Made by a program: the position numbers and the translations under genes. The notes under the pieces were generated by a model. The model was given only the letters and a program-made list of their open reading frames with translations. It had not been told where the DNA came from and searched no databases. A DNA stretch of 64,000 nucleotides, taken from contig CP110440.1 of assembly GCA_026914245.1 (NCBI GenBank), positions 2,604,001-2,668,000 on the forward strand, read 5' to 3'. Positions within the stretch are counted from its first letter, which is position 1. Each line of letters opens with the position of its first letter. The DNA comes from Puccinia triticina (taxonomy: Eukaryota). Shown piece by piece: positions 33,904 to 46,226 of the stretch.

Positions 33904-36900
33904 CAGGACAATCATACCCGACCTGCGTCGCGCTCAATTCCTCCTGGACAACATGCGCCTGTGATCATGCAAACGTCTCTGGAACTTCCACCTTTTGACC
34001 AAGCTGCATTTGTTATTGACATCCCAGAAACAGACTGGCCTGCGGCGCTTGAGTTTTGTCAAGTTACCGCAAACAGATGCTGGGCTTGCGGGGATAAGTT
34101 CCACTACCTAAGAGACTGCCCGACTTGGAGTCGATCGACACCGGTCAATTGCCAACAACGTGGTCCGGGGGCTTTTTCCTACAAGCCAGTTTTGTCCAAC
34201 AGTCATCAGTATCAACAAGCTCCTTTCCTCCCGATTGTAGGCGCCGTCTACCCACCACCAGGGTTCCTGTATGGACAACAACTGCCCCCAGGTTTTCAGT
34301 TTGGCCATCAGTTCAACCTGGCGCTGTTCTACCAACACCAGCAATTGCCCTACCCCCTTGCTCTGTACTGCCCCCAGTCGGCTGGTCAACACCAACAGCT
34401 ACCAACCCCAACAGAATCAGTCTCAACGTCAACACCCGAACAATTTCAAGCCTTGATCTGAATTCCAGCGGGGGGGCGGGGCATCGGCGAAAGCAGCAGA
34501 GGCGGTGGAGTTTCCCGATGGTATCGCTGATAGCGATTTCAGGGCGATGACCGCTGAAATAGACGTGAGTACTCCCGCCATTGTTGATTCTGGGGCTACC
34601 CACAACCTCACAGGCAACCTGCGCCTGCTTCATAACTTCCGGAAGCTCAAAGTTCCTATTGCTCTCAATGTAGCAACTGCAGGAGCTGGAGCCAGCATAT
34701 CAGGCGCAGGAGAACTTTTGTTCCGAAAACCAGATGGCAGTACAGTCACCATAAGGAGTGTCTTATACTGTGAGCGGGCATAATCAACCTTGATATCCCT
34801 TGCGGCCCTTTGGAAGGCTAATTGGTCATTCCTATACAACCAAGATACAGACTCTTTCAATATATTCAATCAGTCAAATTATCTTTTGTTTTGTTGTCCG
34901 TTCAAACGCAAACGCAACCAGTGGTGTATCCCGTGTCCGATGGTTCAATCGCAAATGAGTGCCCAAAGCTCACCGACTATGGAAAACCGTTCAACAACTC
35001 AACCCATTCCTTTGCCTGTTCCCATTCCTATTGTCTCAAACCTCTCCTCTGTTTCCTCTACTGTTCCTTTTTCCTCCTCTATTCAAAATATGCCAGCCCT
35101 AACCCCTGTTTCAGACTCTACTCTTTCCGTTTCACCAGCAATGAATCCAGTTTTTCTTTCTAATTCCCCTAATGACCCGTTTGTGACCTCTTTTGAGCGG
35201 ATATATCCCTCCTCTTGGAGAACAGAAGCGTTGAAGGACGCGGAGAAAGTCCTACTCTTCTGGCATTGGATTTTTGGCCATGTGAGCCTCAGGAAGATCA
35301 GATCTCTGATCAAGCAACGTCTAGGTTTTGGTTTACCGTCTGATCTACCTCCGGGAAAGATCCATTGCCCTATATGTGCTATCAGCAAGAGCACCAGTCT
35401 GAATCCACTCACTAGCTCAATGAGGAATCCAAAGCGTTTGGAAATTCTGTGTACAGATTTGATGGGTCCATTCCCTGAGGAGGCCATTGATGGCTCAAAA
35501 TATCTATTCACGCTCTGTGACATAGCTACGGGATATTTGTTTGTGAAAGGACTAAAAGCCAAATCTGACGCCAACGGTGTTCTCATGGAACTTATCCAAA
35601 AGTTAGAAAAGCAAACAGGGGCTGTAGTAAAAATCCTGAGGAGTGATAACGGTGGAGAGTTTGCTAATAAGGCACTCAACTCTTTCTTACAAGAGAAAGG
35701 CATCATTGCGGAGCGTTCTCTCCCATACCATCACTACCAGAATGGAGTAGTTGAGCGTTTCAATAGGACAGTGGCAGACATGGGACGCACGGTACTAAGC
35801 AACAGTCAATTACCCAGGAGTTTTTGGGTTTATGCATTTCTCTGGGCCAACCATGTCCTGAACAGGATTCCAAACAAGGCTAGCAAGGGCAAGTCACCTT
35901 TTGAGGGGATGTTCGATAACTTTAATACCTTCCGCATTTTTGGCTCAAAGGCTTTCATTCACATCCCAGCAGGACACCGTGATAAGCTTGACAACCGGGC
36001 ATATGAAGCTTTCGTGGTAGCACACCTAGAGAGTAGTAAAGGGTGGTTGTTTTATGTACCATCTACACACAAGTTTGTGTTGTCTGCAATGGTGCGCTTC
36101 GTGGACAGCATTCCTAGAGTAACATTACCTCTGTTACCGCCTTGCCCGCCGGTTAACCCAGGGTCAGGAGAAGGAAAAATTTCTTTAGATTTCATTGCAA
36201 GACAGATTTCCCTGGGAAACTTCGTGAATGAAATAGAATTTGACAACCAAGAGTTCCTGGTCGACGCTGTACTTCAGTCATGCTCCTTTTATGGCGTTGA
36301 TATACCAAAGACCTATAAGCAAGCTATGAGATCAGAGGACAAATCCGAATGGGCCAATGCTGTCTTGGAGGAATTATCCAATCTCCTGCAAATGGATGTA
36401 TGGGTGTCTAAACTAATGCCAAAAGGGGTTGCGCCGCTGGATGGACAGTGGGTGTTTGCCAAGAAATCTGGGGACAACGGTACCACGCAGAGGTTCAAGG
36501 CCTGTTATGTGGCTAAGGGATTCAAACAGGTAGCCGGCAAAAATTTCAATGAAACCTTTTCTCCTACTGCCACGTTTGTGTTGTTGCGCCTCTTGCTGAC
36601 TTTGGCGGCAAGTTTCAATTGGAGTGTACACAGCTTCGATTTTGTAGCTGCTTACCTTAACTCACCAATTGAAGAGGAAGTTTGGGTTAAGGCGCCAGAA
36701 GGTGTCAACTTGCCCAAGGGTCATGCTTTCCTCCTCAAGAAAGCCCTATATGGAACCAGGCAGGCCGCCAGGTGCTGGTGGCTCCACCTACAAGGCATCT
36801 TAGACAAACTGGGTTATTCCCCTTCCCAATACAATAATAGCCTCTACATTCTTTGTCATGAAACTCAGACAGGGGTGATTTGGATTCATGTGGATGACGG

Positions 36901-37807
36901 TGTAGTTACGGCATCCAACACGGATATTTTGCGGAAGCTGGAGATAGACTTGAAAGACGTTCTGAAGATCAAATGGTTGGCACAATTAGATTCAATTGTG
37001 GGGTTGAGCATCCAGCGCACGGCTCAAGGTTTCATTTTATCACAGCCCAAACTGACCAGAGTTTTGCTTAACGAAGAGTGGGATGGAGTCCAGGTGGCCA
37101 AGACACCGCTACCACCGAATTTTAATGCACCGACTGAAGACGGGGACGCGTTGACTTCATCGAAGTATCTGCACGTGCTAGGCATGATGAGTTATCTTGC
37201 CATTGGCACATGGCCAGATATTGCATTTGCGGTCAATTACCTGGCGCGATTCTCGGCTAAACCTTCTGTCCAGCATTGGAAGGGTGTAAGACACCTAGTA
37301 AACTACATTGCCGGCAGCACTGATCAGAAACTTTGTCTTTTTCCAAACAAGGCCCCGAAAGCTTTGCAGACCTACTGTGACGCGTCCTGGGGCGGTGAAT
37401 TCTCTAGGTCTTCTTATGGAGTGCTCATTCAATTTCTATGTTGCCCCGTGCTCTGGGTGGCACGAGGCCAGGCCAGTGTTGCCGCCTCGACTTGCCATGC
37501 GGAATACATGGCTCTTGGCGCGGCAACACGGCATACCCTTTGGATCCGAAATCTACTCACAGATGTTTTGAAGACTGATTTTGTAGGTCATCTGCACTGC
37601 GACAACCAGTCGGCAGTGCGTGTTGGTACGGATGATGCATCCAACAAACGGACAAGACATACTGATTGCGATTTCTATATTACCAATGAGGCATTACACA
37701 GGAAGCTGACCACACTAACTTGGGTACCCACAGCGGAGCAGAGAGCGGATATTTTTACCAAGAGCCTGCCTCCTGAGCTCTTCCGGAGGATGTCTTCCGG
37801 AGGATGA
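33904..37807 (+). pseudogene. Copia-2 gag end plus pol (PR, IN, RT, RH), degenerate
   Basis: CWACGDKFHYLRDC, IVDSGATHN, DLMGP, RSDNGGEF, NGVVER, FDFVAAYL, WIHVDD, ADIFTKSL; stop at 34781-34783 plus frameshifts. Confidence 0.92.
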
Positions 37808-38228
37808 GGAGTTTTCTTCTTATGGTGGTGTGATTTTGTTGGAATTTTTTGTTTTTTTTCTTTCTTTCCTTATTTTGGTCTGTTTTGCCCGGAATTGTCT
37901 CTACCCTAATGTTTTTTACTCTCATGGTCAATTTTTCTTTCTTTCTTCTTTGAGTTTTCTTCCTACTTCTTTCTTCTCTTTTCTCCGTTATTTTTTTTCT
38001 CTCTGTCTCTTCACTTCTATTGTCATTGTACGTAGGGTCTCGTGTCTGGGCGAGGGGGTGGCTGTTGTAACCTAACCTGTTAGGTTACGGCATGTGACAC
38101 TCGCCCGGCCCCGAGACCGTATTCAGGTAGGTAAACAGACTGTAGAGTCTGTTTCCCCCATCTGCATTACCATTCTCATCACTTCAGTCACTTCAGTGCT
38201 CACCAACAAATCTAAAAATCGATCGATC

Positions 38229-39715
38229 ATGGCAGTCGGAATCGTTAACATCGGCAAAGATGCCCGGGGAGATATGTTCCATCGTTACAAGATGCCCGTC
38301 TTACAGGTGAAAGTCGAAGGCAAGGGTAATGGGATCAAAACGGGTAGGTGATCCTGATCTTCACATCGCCCTCCCACCTGTTTGAGTGTTAACCCATCTA
38401 CATGACTTTCCTAGTCATCCCTAACATGTCTGATATCGCTCGTGCGCTGGCCAGACCACCAACCTGTAAGAAGAGCTGCACACCTTCCGCTAGCTGTGTT
38501 TCCGAGTAATAAGAGGATTTTTTTTTTTGGTCACAGATACTACCAAGTTTTTCGGCTGTGAGCTTGGTGCTCAGACGACGTTTGACGAGAAGTATGACCG
38601 ATACATCGTCAATGGAGCCCATCAGGCCGACCGACTGCGGGAACTACTGGATGTGTTTATCGACAAGTTTGTGCTCTGTTCGAGTTGCAAAAACCCAGAG
38701 ACCGAGCTAATGATCGTCGGGCGAGACGAGCTGATCTGGCGGGACTGCAAGGCGTGTGGGCATCGAGGACATGTGGACAACCGACATAAGCTATGTACAT
38801 TCATCTTAAAGAACCCACCGGAGTCGTCCAAGAAGAAATCCAAGCGAGACAAGAAGGCCAAGGCGGCTGAGGCCGGCGGGGCACCCACAGAAGGCTCTTC
38901 CGACGACGGCCACAACAGCCAGGATGAGCTGACGAAGAGGATTGAGGGCGAGGCGGTGGACGCCAAGACGGCAGAGGCGACATCGACCCTCAAGGATGAG
39001 GACTGGTCGGCCGATACCTCGGCCGGGGCCGTCAAGGCACGCATGAAATCTCTCGAGGCCGGGATCCAGAACGGACTTAGTCTGGTCGATGAGGACGACG
39101 AGGACAACCCCGGCGGACCCTACGCGGTCTTCAGCGAGTGGATCCTCACTAACCGTGAATCGGTCTCGGACCCCGAGATCCTTGTCAAGGCGAAAGAACT
39201 CGGCATCGAGAAGAAACATAAGACCGTCCAGATACTTGCCCTTAACTTGTTTACTGAGAACGCAGTCAAAGAGGTCCAGAAACACCATGCTCTCTTTGCC
39301 AAGGTAAGCTCCCTACTCTTGTCTCCATTCGGACGGTCTCTAATCGTGCTTTGCATGTAGTTGGTCAACAGCGAAAAGCACCAGAAAGCCCTGCTCGGAG
39401 GCATCGAGCAGTTATGTGGGGAAGCTTATCCAAGCTTGGTTCCCTTGGGCGTGCCCAAGATCATCATGGAGTTCTACCAAGCCGACATCTTGGAGGAAGA
39501 TGTGATCAAACAGTGGGGCACTCATGTTTCTAAGAAAGTTAGTCACACTCTTTTTTCCGCTCCTGGTGACTTCCCTCACAACCTGATTGCTCTTTCAATG
39601 TGAATTGTGTTATCAGTATGTGGACAAGGACATCAGTAAGCGAGTCAGACGGGCTTGTGAACCCTTGTTGAAATGGCTCGACGAGGCTGAGGCTGAGGAT
39701 GATGAAGACGAGTAA
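38229..39715 (+). CDS. TIF5: Eukaryotic translation initiation factor 5 (402 aa); exons 38229-38343, 38415-38465, 38537-39303, 39361-39537, 39617-39715
   Basis: [49 protein letters not shown]2 acidic/aromatic end (KWLDEAE). All four introns are GT-AG and splice into one 1209-nt ORF. Confidence 0.97.
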
Positions 39716-40293
39716 CAAGAGATTTAATGAATGACCAGTTTGGTGGCTTCATTATATGTGCATATCATACACGTAGTCATCAATCTCCTTCCCTTCTGAC
39801 GCTCTATTTCAAGTTTGTGACTGTCTTTCCTTTGCTTAATTTCCATGCATCGCCGAACTTGGATTCCTTGTGGGCAATGTCATCCAATCTCATGTATCAT
39901 CTTTTTTTAACCAACCCAGTCCATTCTGCCCACGTGTCAACGCAACATTCAACACTCACAGCAACCAAACTCACATCCGCCCGTGTGTTACCCTGTTGTT
40001 GATGACAGCAGTGAAGAACTACTGAAAGATTTTTTAAGGTGTTGAATATTGATTTGCTTCTTATCCATCACAATACCCATTCATTCTCCTTTCCTCAGAC
40101 TTCAGCGCAACTATATTTCATCTGTCAAACTGTTTGATTATCTTAAAATCAACGAATTGAACAAGCATGGTCTTTTAGTCTGTGGCACACCCTTGTAAAT
40201 AAGTCCAGTTAAGGGAATGTTTGTATTTGTGATCCTAGATACAAGTGATGGGTGGTGACGCATTAGATATTGTTGGACATGGTGGGGCAATTA

Positions 40294-40469
40294 TGGTGTT
40301 CAAAGTTGGTTGCACAACTTGATGCATGCATAGATCATAAAATCATAAAAATATTTTGGTGAGGAAATTTTGTATTACATAATCAGACAGTCATATCCCC
40401 TGCAAAAAAGATTTTATGATTTTATGATTTATGCATGCATAAAATTATGCAAACCAACTTTGAACACCA
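40294..40469. mobile_element. MITE, family A
   Basis: TIR TGGTGTTCAAAGTTGG / CCAACTTTGAACACCA, flanked by TA. Confidence 0.85.
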
Positions 40470-40513
40470 TAAGTGGAAATTAATAAGTGATAACATGAAA
40501 ATGTAGGCAGTTA

Positions 40514-40661
40514 TGGTGTTCAAAGTTGGTTTATGCATGCATAAATCATAAATTCATAAATCTTTTTCAGGGGGATTACATAATCAAACCCGCGCAATCC
40601 CCTGCAAAGAACAGTTTATGAATTTATGATTTATGCATGCATAAATCAACTTTGAACACCA
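40514..40661. mobile_element. MITE, family A
   Basis: Same TIRs, nearly palindromic, flanked by TA. Confidence 0.85.
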
Positions 40662-40765
40662 TAAGCGCAGCCGCCTCTGAACTCTAGTCCTGGTTACAAC
40701 ATGAACTTGGCAAATGTGCAACAAAGATAGGGAAAAAATGATGAAGTATCATTTGGTGCTTCAAA

Positions 40766-41195
40766 TCAATCCCCTAGGGCACGACACCTATCAGTAGCAC
40801 CTTTTGGGATCTTTGTGCACTATTGACACCCTGGGAGGTTTAAGAGGATGATTTTAGCAACTTGAACTGGGTATTTTTTGGCTCATAATTCTAAGCTTGG
40901 ACTCACAAGGTCTTTTTAAGTTGGTGTTTAAAGCTGGATTTGTTGGGCAACTGAACACATTTTTGTACTCATTGCCATTCTCCGGATTGAAGATCCCTAA
41001 AGCCCGAGGGTTTCAAATCAAGGGGGATAAGCTTCACAGTCAATTTATTCATGCGATCAGAAAAGACCTGCAATATTACGCACATATATTTCCGGCCTTC
41101 TCACACCAAGCGAGATGAGTCCCCTTGGACGCTAGGAAGTGTTGCCCAAATTCCCAATGCGAGAGCACATATCAACAAGTTGCCTGCACACTTTG
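40766..41195 (-). pseudogene. Decayed paralog of the Cys-rich secreted gene at 60409-61343
   Basis: Homologous last two introns and exons (FSCPT...NLKRP|WCQ*C..P....D.CR); signal-like NLLICALALGIWATLPSVQG; premature stops, no ATG, middle exons absent. Confidence 0.7.
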
Positions 41196-43109
41196 CCCTG
41201 CGGGCTGGCGAGCAACAAAGCCTCCGTGTGAGAGACCCGAAAGGGTAGGCCCGCAGGGTCTCCGTCTCGTGCGGGAGTCTCCAAGGCCGGAGGTGCGGGT
41301 CCCTTATATCCCTACGCCGGCGTCCACAAGCAGGAGATAACAGCAAGCCGGGTTCTGTTCCAATTGACTCAACGGTTCTGAATCCGACCAGTCCGACCAT
41401 GTTCGACTTTGACCCGACCCGGGCCATGAGATGCTGTGCACGCATCCACCCGGACATCGCTGGACACTCGGAGTCATCGGAGTCACATCACCCGGCTCTG
41501 CGCTCGGACCAATAGCCATGCCCCCCGCCCCCCGGGTGCACAACTCGCCCGCCAATGAACGGTGTACTTGCTAGCAACTCTGCCGACGATTACAGATCGA
41601 TGAGCAGTTAAATCTCGGCTTGAATCTGGCCATGGGAACGATGCGAACCTCGTCTCAGTAGCACAAAGCCGTCGACGGCGGGAGCGGTGGGGGAGACGAC
41701 TGGGTTGATCTGAGTTAGATCACGGGTTCGCAAGTCGAGGAGACCGTCTTGAGGACGGACGGAGATGGACCTTCGCCTTACACCGGCACTCTCTAGAATC
41801 GGCATCGGCTTCAACGTGCCCACGTCCTCGTCTTACCGCCCTCAAACCACACCAAACTCGCCACCATTACCGACCGCCGACAGCCACAGAGAGCCAAGAC
41901 TGTTGCATCAACCAAGTCTCCAGTCAACCAATGGCGGACGATAGCCGCTCGGGCATCAGCCGCCAGACTATTTAGAAAGATTCCATGATCAATGCATGGT
42001 ACCCGTCACAATATATACCATCTCGATTTTCTCACCCATGCCGCCAGTACTTCTTGGACCATGCTTGTCACTACTTTTTGTCCTGGTATAACCAGCTCTT
42101 TCCCAGCCACCGTCTTCCGAAATTCGACCTCATGGCTGACGCGTCTCCTTTTGCACAAGAGCCAAGACAAGCAAAATGAAGGCAGGAGACTGATTTATGT
42201 GGATACGTGATAGATGTAGAATATGATATCTTCCCTGGCGAACTCAAAGAATGGAAACAATGCGCCCGCGAGGCCTGTGACGACGATAATGAACCTTCGG
42301 ATGATAACGAAAATGGTAATGTCAAATGATCATCGACGACCGGCAGACGATAGTTCTGGCCCAAATTCAATCCCTCTAGTAGAGCTCCTATCAGTCTTTT
42401 TTTCACGCTGAACCATCTGGTTCCAAAAATCACCACTAAATAACGTAGGTAGCTTACTTTTTGGTCGGGACACCCAGTCGTGATCTGCCAACATGCCTCT
42501 GATCGGAGGTGATTTCATCTGGTCTTCCATCAAGCCACAACGCAAAAATCCTCTCACAATCACATAAGATGCCTTGGACGGTGGTGGGTTGAGCCAGATC
42601 ACGTTTCAGTATCAAACATATAGCCATGAAGATTGCTTTAGGAAACGGATGGTGTGCTCGATATCTGTTGTATGCCTCAACCTCACGCCAGATAATTACT
42701 GTCAAGAGGATGTCAAAATTAGATAGAGCGCGTTTTGTTTCTATGGATGGGGCCTCTGATCCCACACCATTTGGATTATACTCCTGATCTGAAACTTCTT
42801 TCCCATCTCTGATCAACGGCATCAAAGATATTGTCTATAAGCTTGCCCAGCGTGCTGATTTGTTGGTCCTGAGAATCTAGCCGGATTTCATCAAGTCTAA
42901 CACGACTAATCTGTAGTTTGGCCTTGTGAACATTTTGCTGGACTTTTTGTACATTGCTGATCGCATCTTCATGTTGCATATGATGCTGGGGCCTGGGGGT
43001 GGATTTAAGAAATCAACACAGTCCATGAAAAGGAAAGTTGCTCATTCCGGATGGCTGTGGCTCAGCTGGGGGTGCCTCCGCTTCTCTCTGGTTATAAACC
43101 TGTCCATAG

Positions 43110-45716
43110 TGTGAGCCTGAGTCTCTATAGTGACAACAGGACACAAGAAAGAAGGGGGAAAATATTTGGATTTCTTTGGATAAAGAAAATACAAATATAA
43201 AAGAGAGAGAGAAAGAGAGAGAGAGAAACTGAGCAGATTCAAGATAAGCAGATATTCAAGGTTATTCTGGTGGGAATGCACGTCCACTGGCAATGCTAAC
43301 TCTTCAGAAGAGTGCTGCCAAGCTGTGCTAGAGAGTGCTACAGCCTCCTCTCACCAAAGAAACGTGGAGGAATCCTGGATTAGATAAGTTTAATCCAGCC
43401 ACAATTTTTTAGCTTCCTTCTGGATAGTCAAGGTTCTTTAAAGGGAAACCTATGTGGTTTGTTTCTTACAAAAACCACAGAAAAAGAATGCAGTTAAGGA
43501 GGGACAGCCCTGTGATCAAGAATGAGGCAAAGGCCAGCAGAAAAGAGCAGATCAAGCAAGACACAGAGTTGTACCTCTGAGCTAAACAAGGTTCAGTGAA
43601 AGAGGTTACTTACTGTCAATATCCTTGGCGCCTCTGACGGTAGGTATACTGGGAGTGTTGTAAACTCTTTGGTGGTGATCCTGGGTGTCAGCCTACGTGA
43701 TGCCAAGGATATTATCCTTCTAGCTACACGTGGTGCAAAGCTAAAGATTAGAGTTATGAAAATCTAAGACAAGGTTATAAGGGATAATTCCAACGTAATT
43801 GTTGGGAATTATGGCGTAAGAAATAAGGCAATTTGGGCCAATTTGGGCCAATTTGACGTAATAAAATGAATATAATTAATTTTAAGAGGGGCCTGATAAA
43901 TCAGGGGTGTTTAATCCCTCTAGAATGAAGAACTGGGGCCTGTAAACAGGGGTGGTTTAAATCCCAGAAAGAAATGGCGGAGAATCTCAAGAGAAGGGGC
44001 TTAAACTTACTAGTATAAGACCCTGGAGGCACTTGAGGTTCTTCAGGCGTGAAGTTGGGCAGTTGGAGGCGCTCAGAGGAGGTAATCTTGAGGGCAGGGT
44101 GGTTACTGGGCAGCTTCAGGGCGGAAATTGGGGCTAAAAATCACAAAAGTAGGTATTTTACCTGGCAAATCACAGGCTAATGAGGCTGTTGAAGGCGGGT
44201 AAAATTCTAATAGGTAATGTAAAGCTGGGGAATCTCCTTTTGGTCGGAGAAAGGGCCCTTTTTATAGCCTAGGCAGGCCTCCAGGGGCGCCCAGGGGACA
44301 GGGGGACACTTGTGGGCGCATTCTGAGGCAATTTGGTTGCGCTAGAAGGCGCTGTGGGTCGTGGGACCTTGGGGCTTGAATACAAGGGTTGCCAAGAGCC
44401 TTTTACAGAGGTTCTGCGTGGTTTTACACAAGCCTTACGCGTCATGGGGGCTGGTTTGGGGGTTCTGTGACGCTCATTTCCGTGGAAATGTGTCACAGAA
44501 GGTACTAGAACTGGCTTCCGTGCCCTTGTACACGTGCAAGCAGTGCTTCATACATGTTCTGGAGGCGCTTTTTAAGTGCTTGTTCATTTGACCCCTTCTA
44601 CATATTTACTACAGTTGTAATTTACACGTAGTGAGGCTTGGGAGAAGCTGGGGCGCTTTCTAGTGTCTCCTGTGCACGTTGCAAGAGCCTTTTTCCATCT
44701 AGAATGTTTTGACATTGAATGACGTGGTAATTACATCCTGTTTGGTGATTAATTACATGTGTACAAGACATATAACACATGTAATATTGCTATTGGGGCG
44801 TATTCTGGCCCATTCTTACTTACTGGTAACCTGAGCGCTTTGGTTGCGGGCTAGTTTATGCATTATGCATATATGTACACTAGGAGCGCGGGCTTGAGCT
44901 CTAGGCAACAGAGCACGCGGGCTTGGGTGCGCCACGCAACAAATAAAGCCATCTTTTAAACTATACACAACACCTCAGTTACGTCACTGAAAATGGGTGT
45001 AAATATATGTACTTGTATATATATGTGCATACAAGTGCATCCATGCGGGGCGTGATGCACTTGCGCAAACTTTGAAGTTAGTTTACACAAGGAAGGGATA
45101 ATAATTAAGGGTACTTGTAAGTGAGGTACCCTAGGTTATTTTACCCGTAGAATAAGAATCTTCTATAATATTTCACATATTAATTACATAAAGCTGAGTA
45201 ATTAATTTTTTATATATGTATTTAATGTTTTTTGCGTAGTTTTACATATGTAGGAGTAATAATGTCTCTTTCATATGTAACACTACTTTTTATGGTTTTA
45301 TTTGTATTATTTCTATGTCACGGTGGCTCTGCCATAGTAGCCAGCTGACACTGGGGTTATCTGGGGTGTGGTTCTGGTGTACTGGAGTCTGTAGATCCGC
45401 CTTGGGCAAGGGGGATCCTGACTACAAAACTTTTCACAGTTTGCTTATGTAATTTACATATGTACATGTGGTTTGACGCGCCTGGTAGCGCTGACAAGTC
45501 ACAACTGCGCATGCGCGCCACAACTCAATAACTCAGGGAAGGAGTATAGTTACAAGGAATTGATAAGTTGTAACTAGGGTTAAAATTGCATGAGGAAACA
45601 GAATATGAATTCAAAACAAGGTTATCTCTTAAGATGAAAAAGATATGAAGTAATTCACATGTAAAAGGTAGAAAAAGGCAGACTTTAGGTCAGCTGAGTT
45701 GACTCTAAGGCTGACA
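43110..45716. mobile_element. Solo LTR, family S (copy 3), with a nested LTR
   Basis: Same termini as copies 1 and 2; flanks CATAG/CATAA. Confidence 0.88.
43686..45350. mobile_element. 1.67-kb solo LTR nested in the family S LTR
   Basis: TGTCAGC...GCTGACA; TSD CTGGG (43681-43685, 45351-45355). Confidence 0.88.
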
Positions 45717-46226
45717 CATAAAACATACCACAACTACGGAAGAGACAAGCCAGCACTAACCGGTACAGTGCCTTGAATCACGCTCAGTACCCCCTAGTCC
45801 TTCCAATGTCCATTCCACTTAATCAATAATACTCTTTGTGGATGGCCCTATTCCCGTCAGGTAGGCTTGATATTTCATTTTTAGACACTACTGTTTGCAA
45901 TCCTTGGTGTCTGCCAACAACCACAAATGCCACAAAAAGTTATTTTGGACTGCTTTACATGCTCTGAGGGATTTTTCTCATCTCCCAACCGCAAAAGCTG
46001 ATGTAGGACACCAATAAATGTTCATACATCAATCAAAAGCGATGCTCTAAACCATCTTAGTTCGTAGTCCACCAGCAGGTCCTGCAAAATTGTCCAAAGC
46101 GCAGTGGACACCTCTAGAGATTGCCTGCACTTTGTTCTGCCCAAAGGATATATTTTTACCAATGTGTAACTCACAGATTTCAAGTCAGATCATGTGAAGC
46201 AGAGTTTGCAATAAATGTGTTCAAAT

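Larger units (their letters stand above)
20811..38195 (+). mobile_element. Ty1/Copia element (Copia-2) with nested insertions
   Basis: 133-bp LTRs: 5' copy split 20811-20938 + 21865-21869, 3' copy 38063-38195; about 4 mismatches; TSD GTGCT (20806-20810, 38196-38200); PBS GGTTATGAGCC at 21870; PPT near 38053-38061. Confidence 0.95.

Noticed and set aside
42070..43105. Possible fragmented minus-strand gene cut by the solo LTR at 43110
   Set aside because: Protein-like frames, but no recognisable family and no consistent gene model
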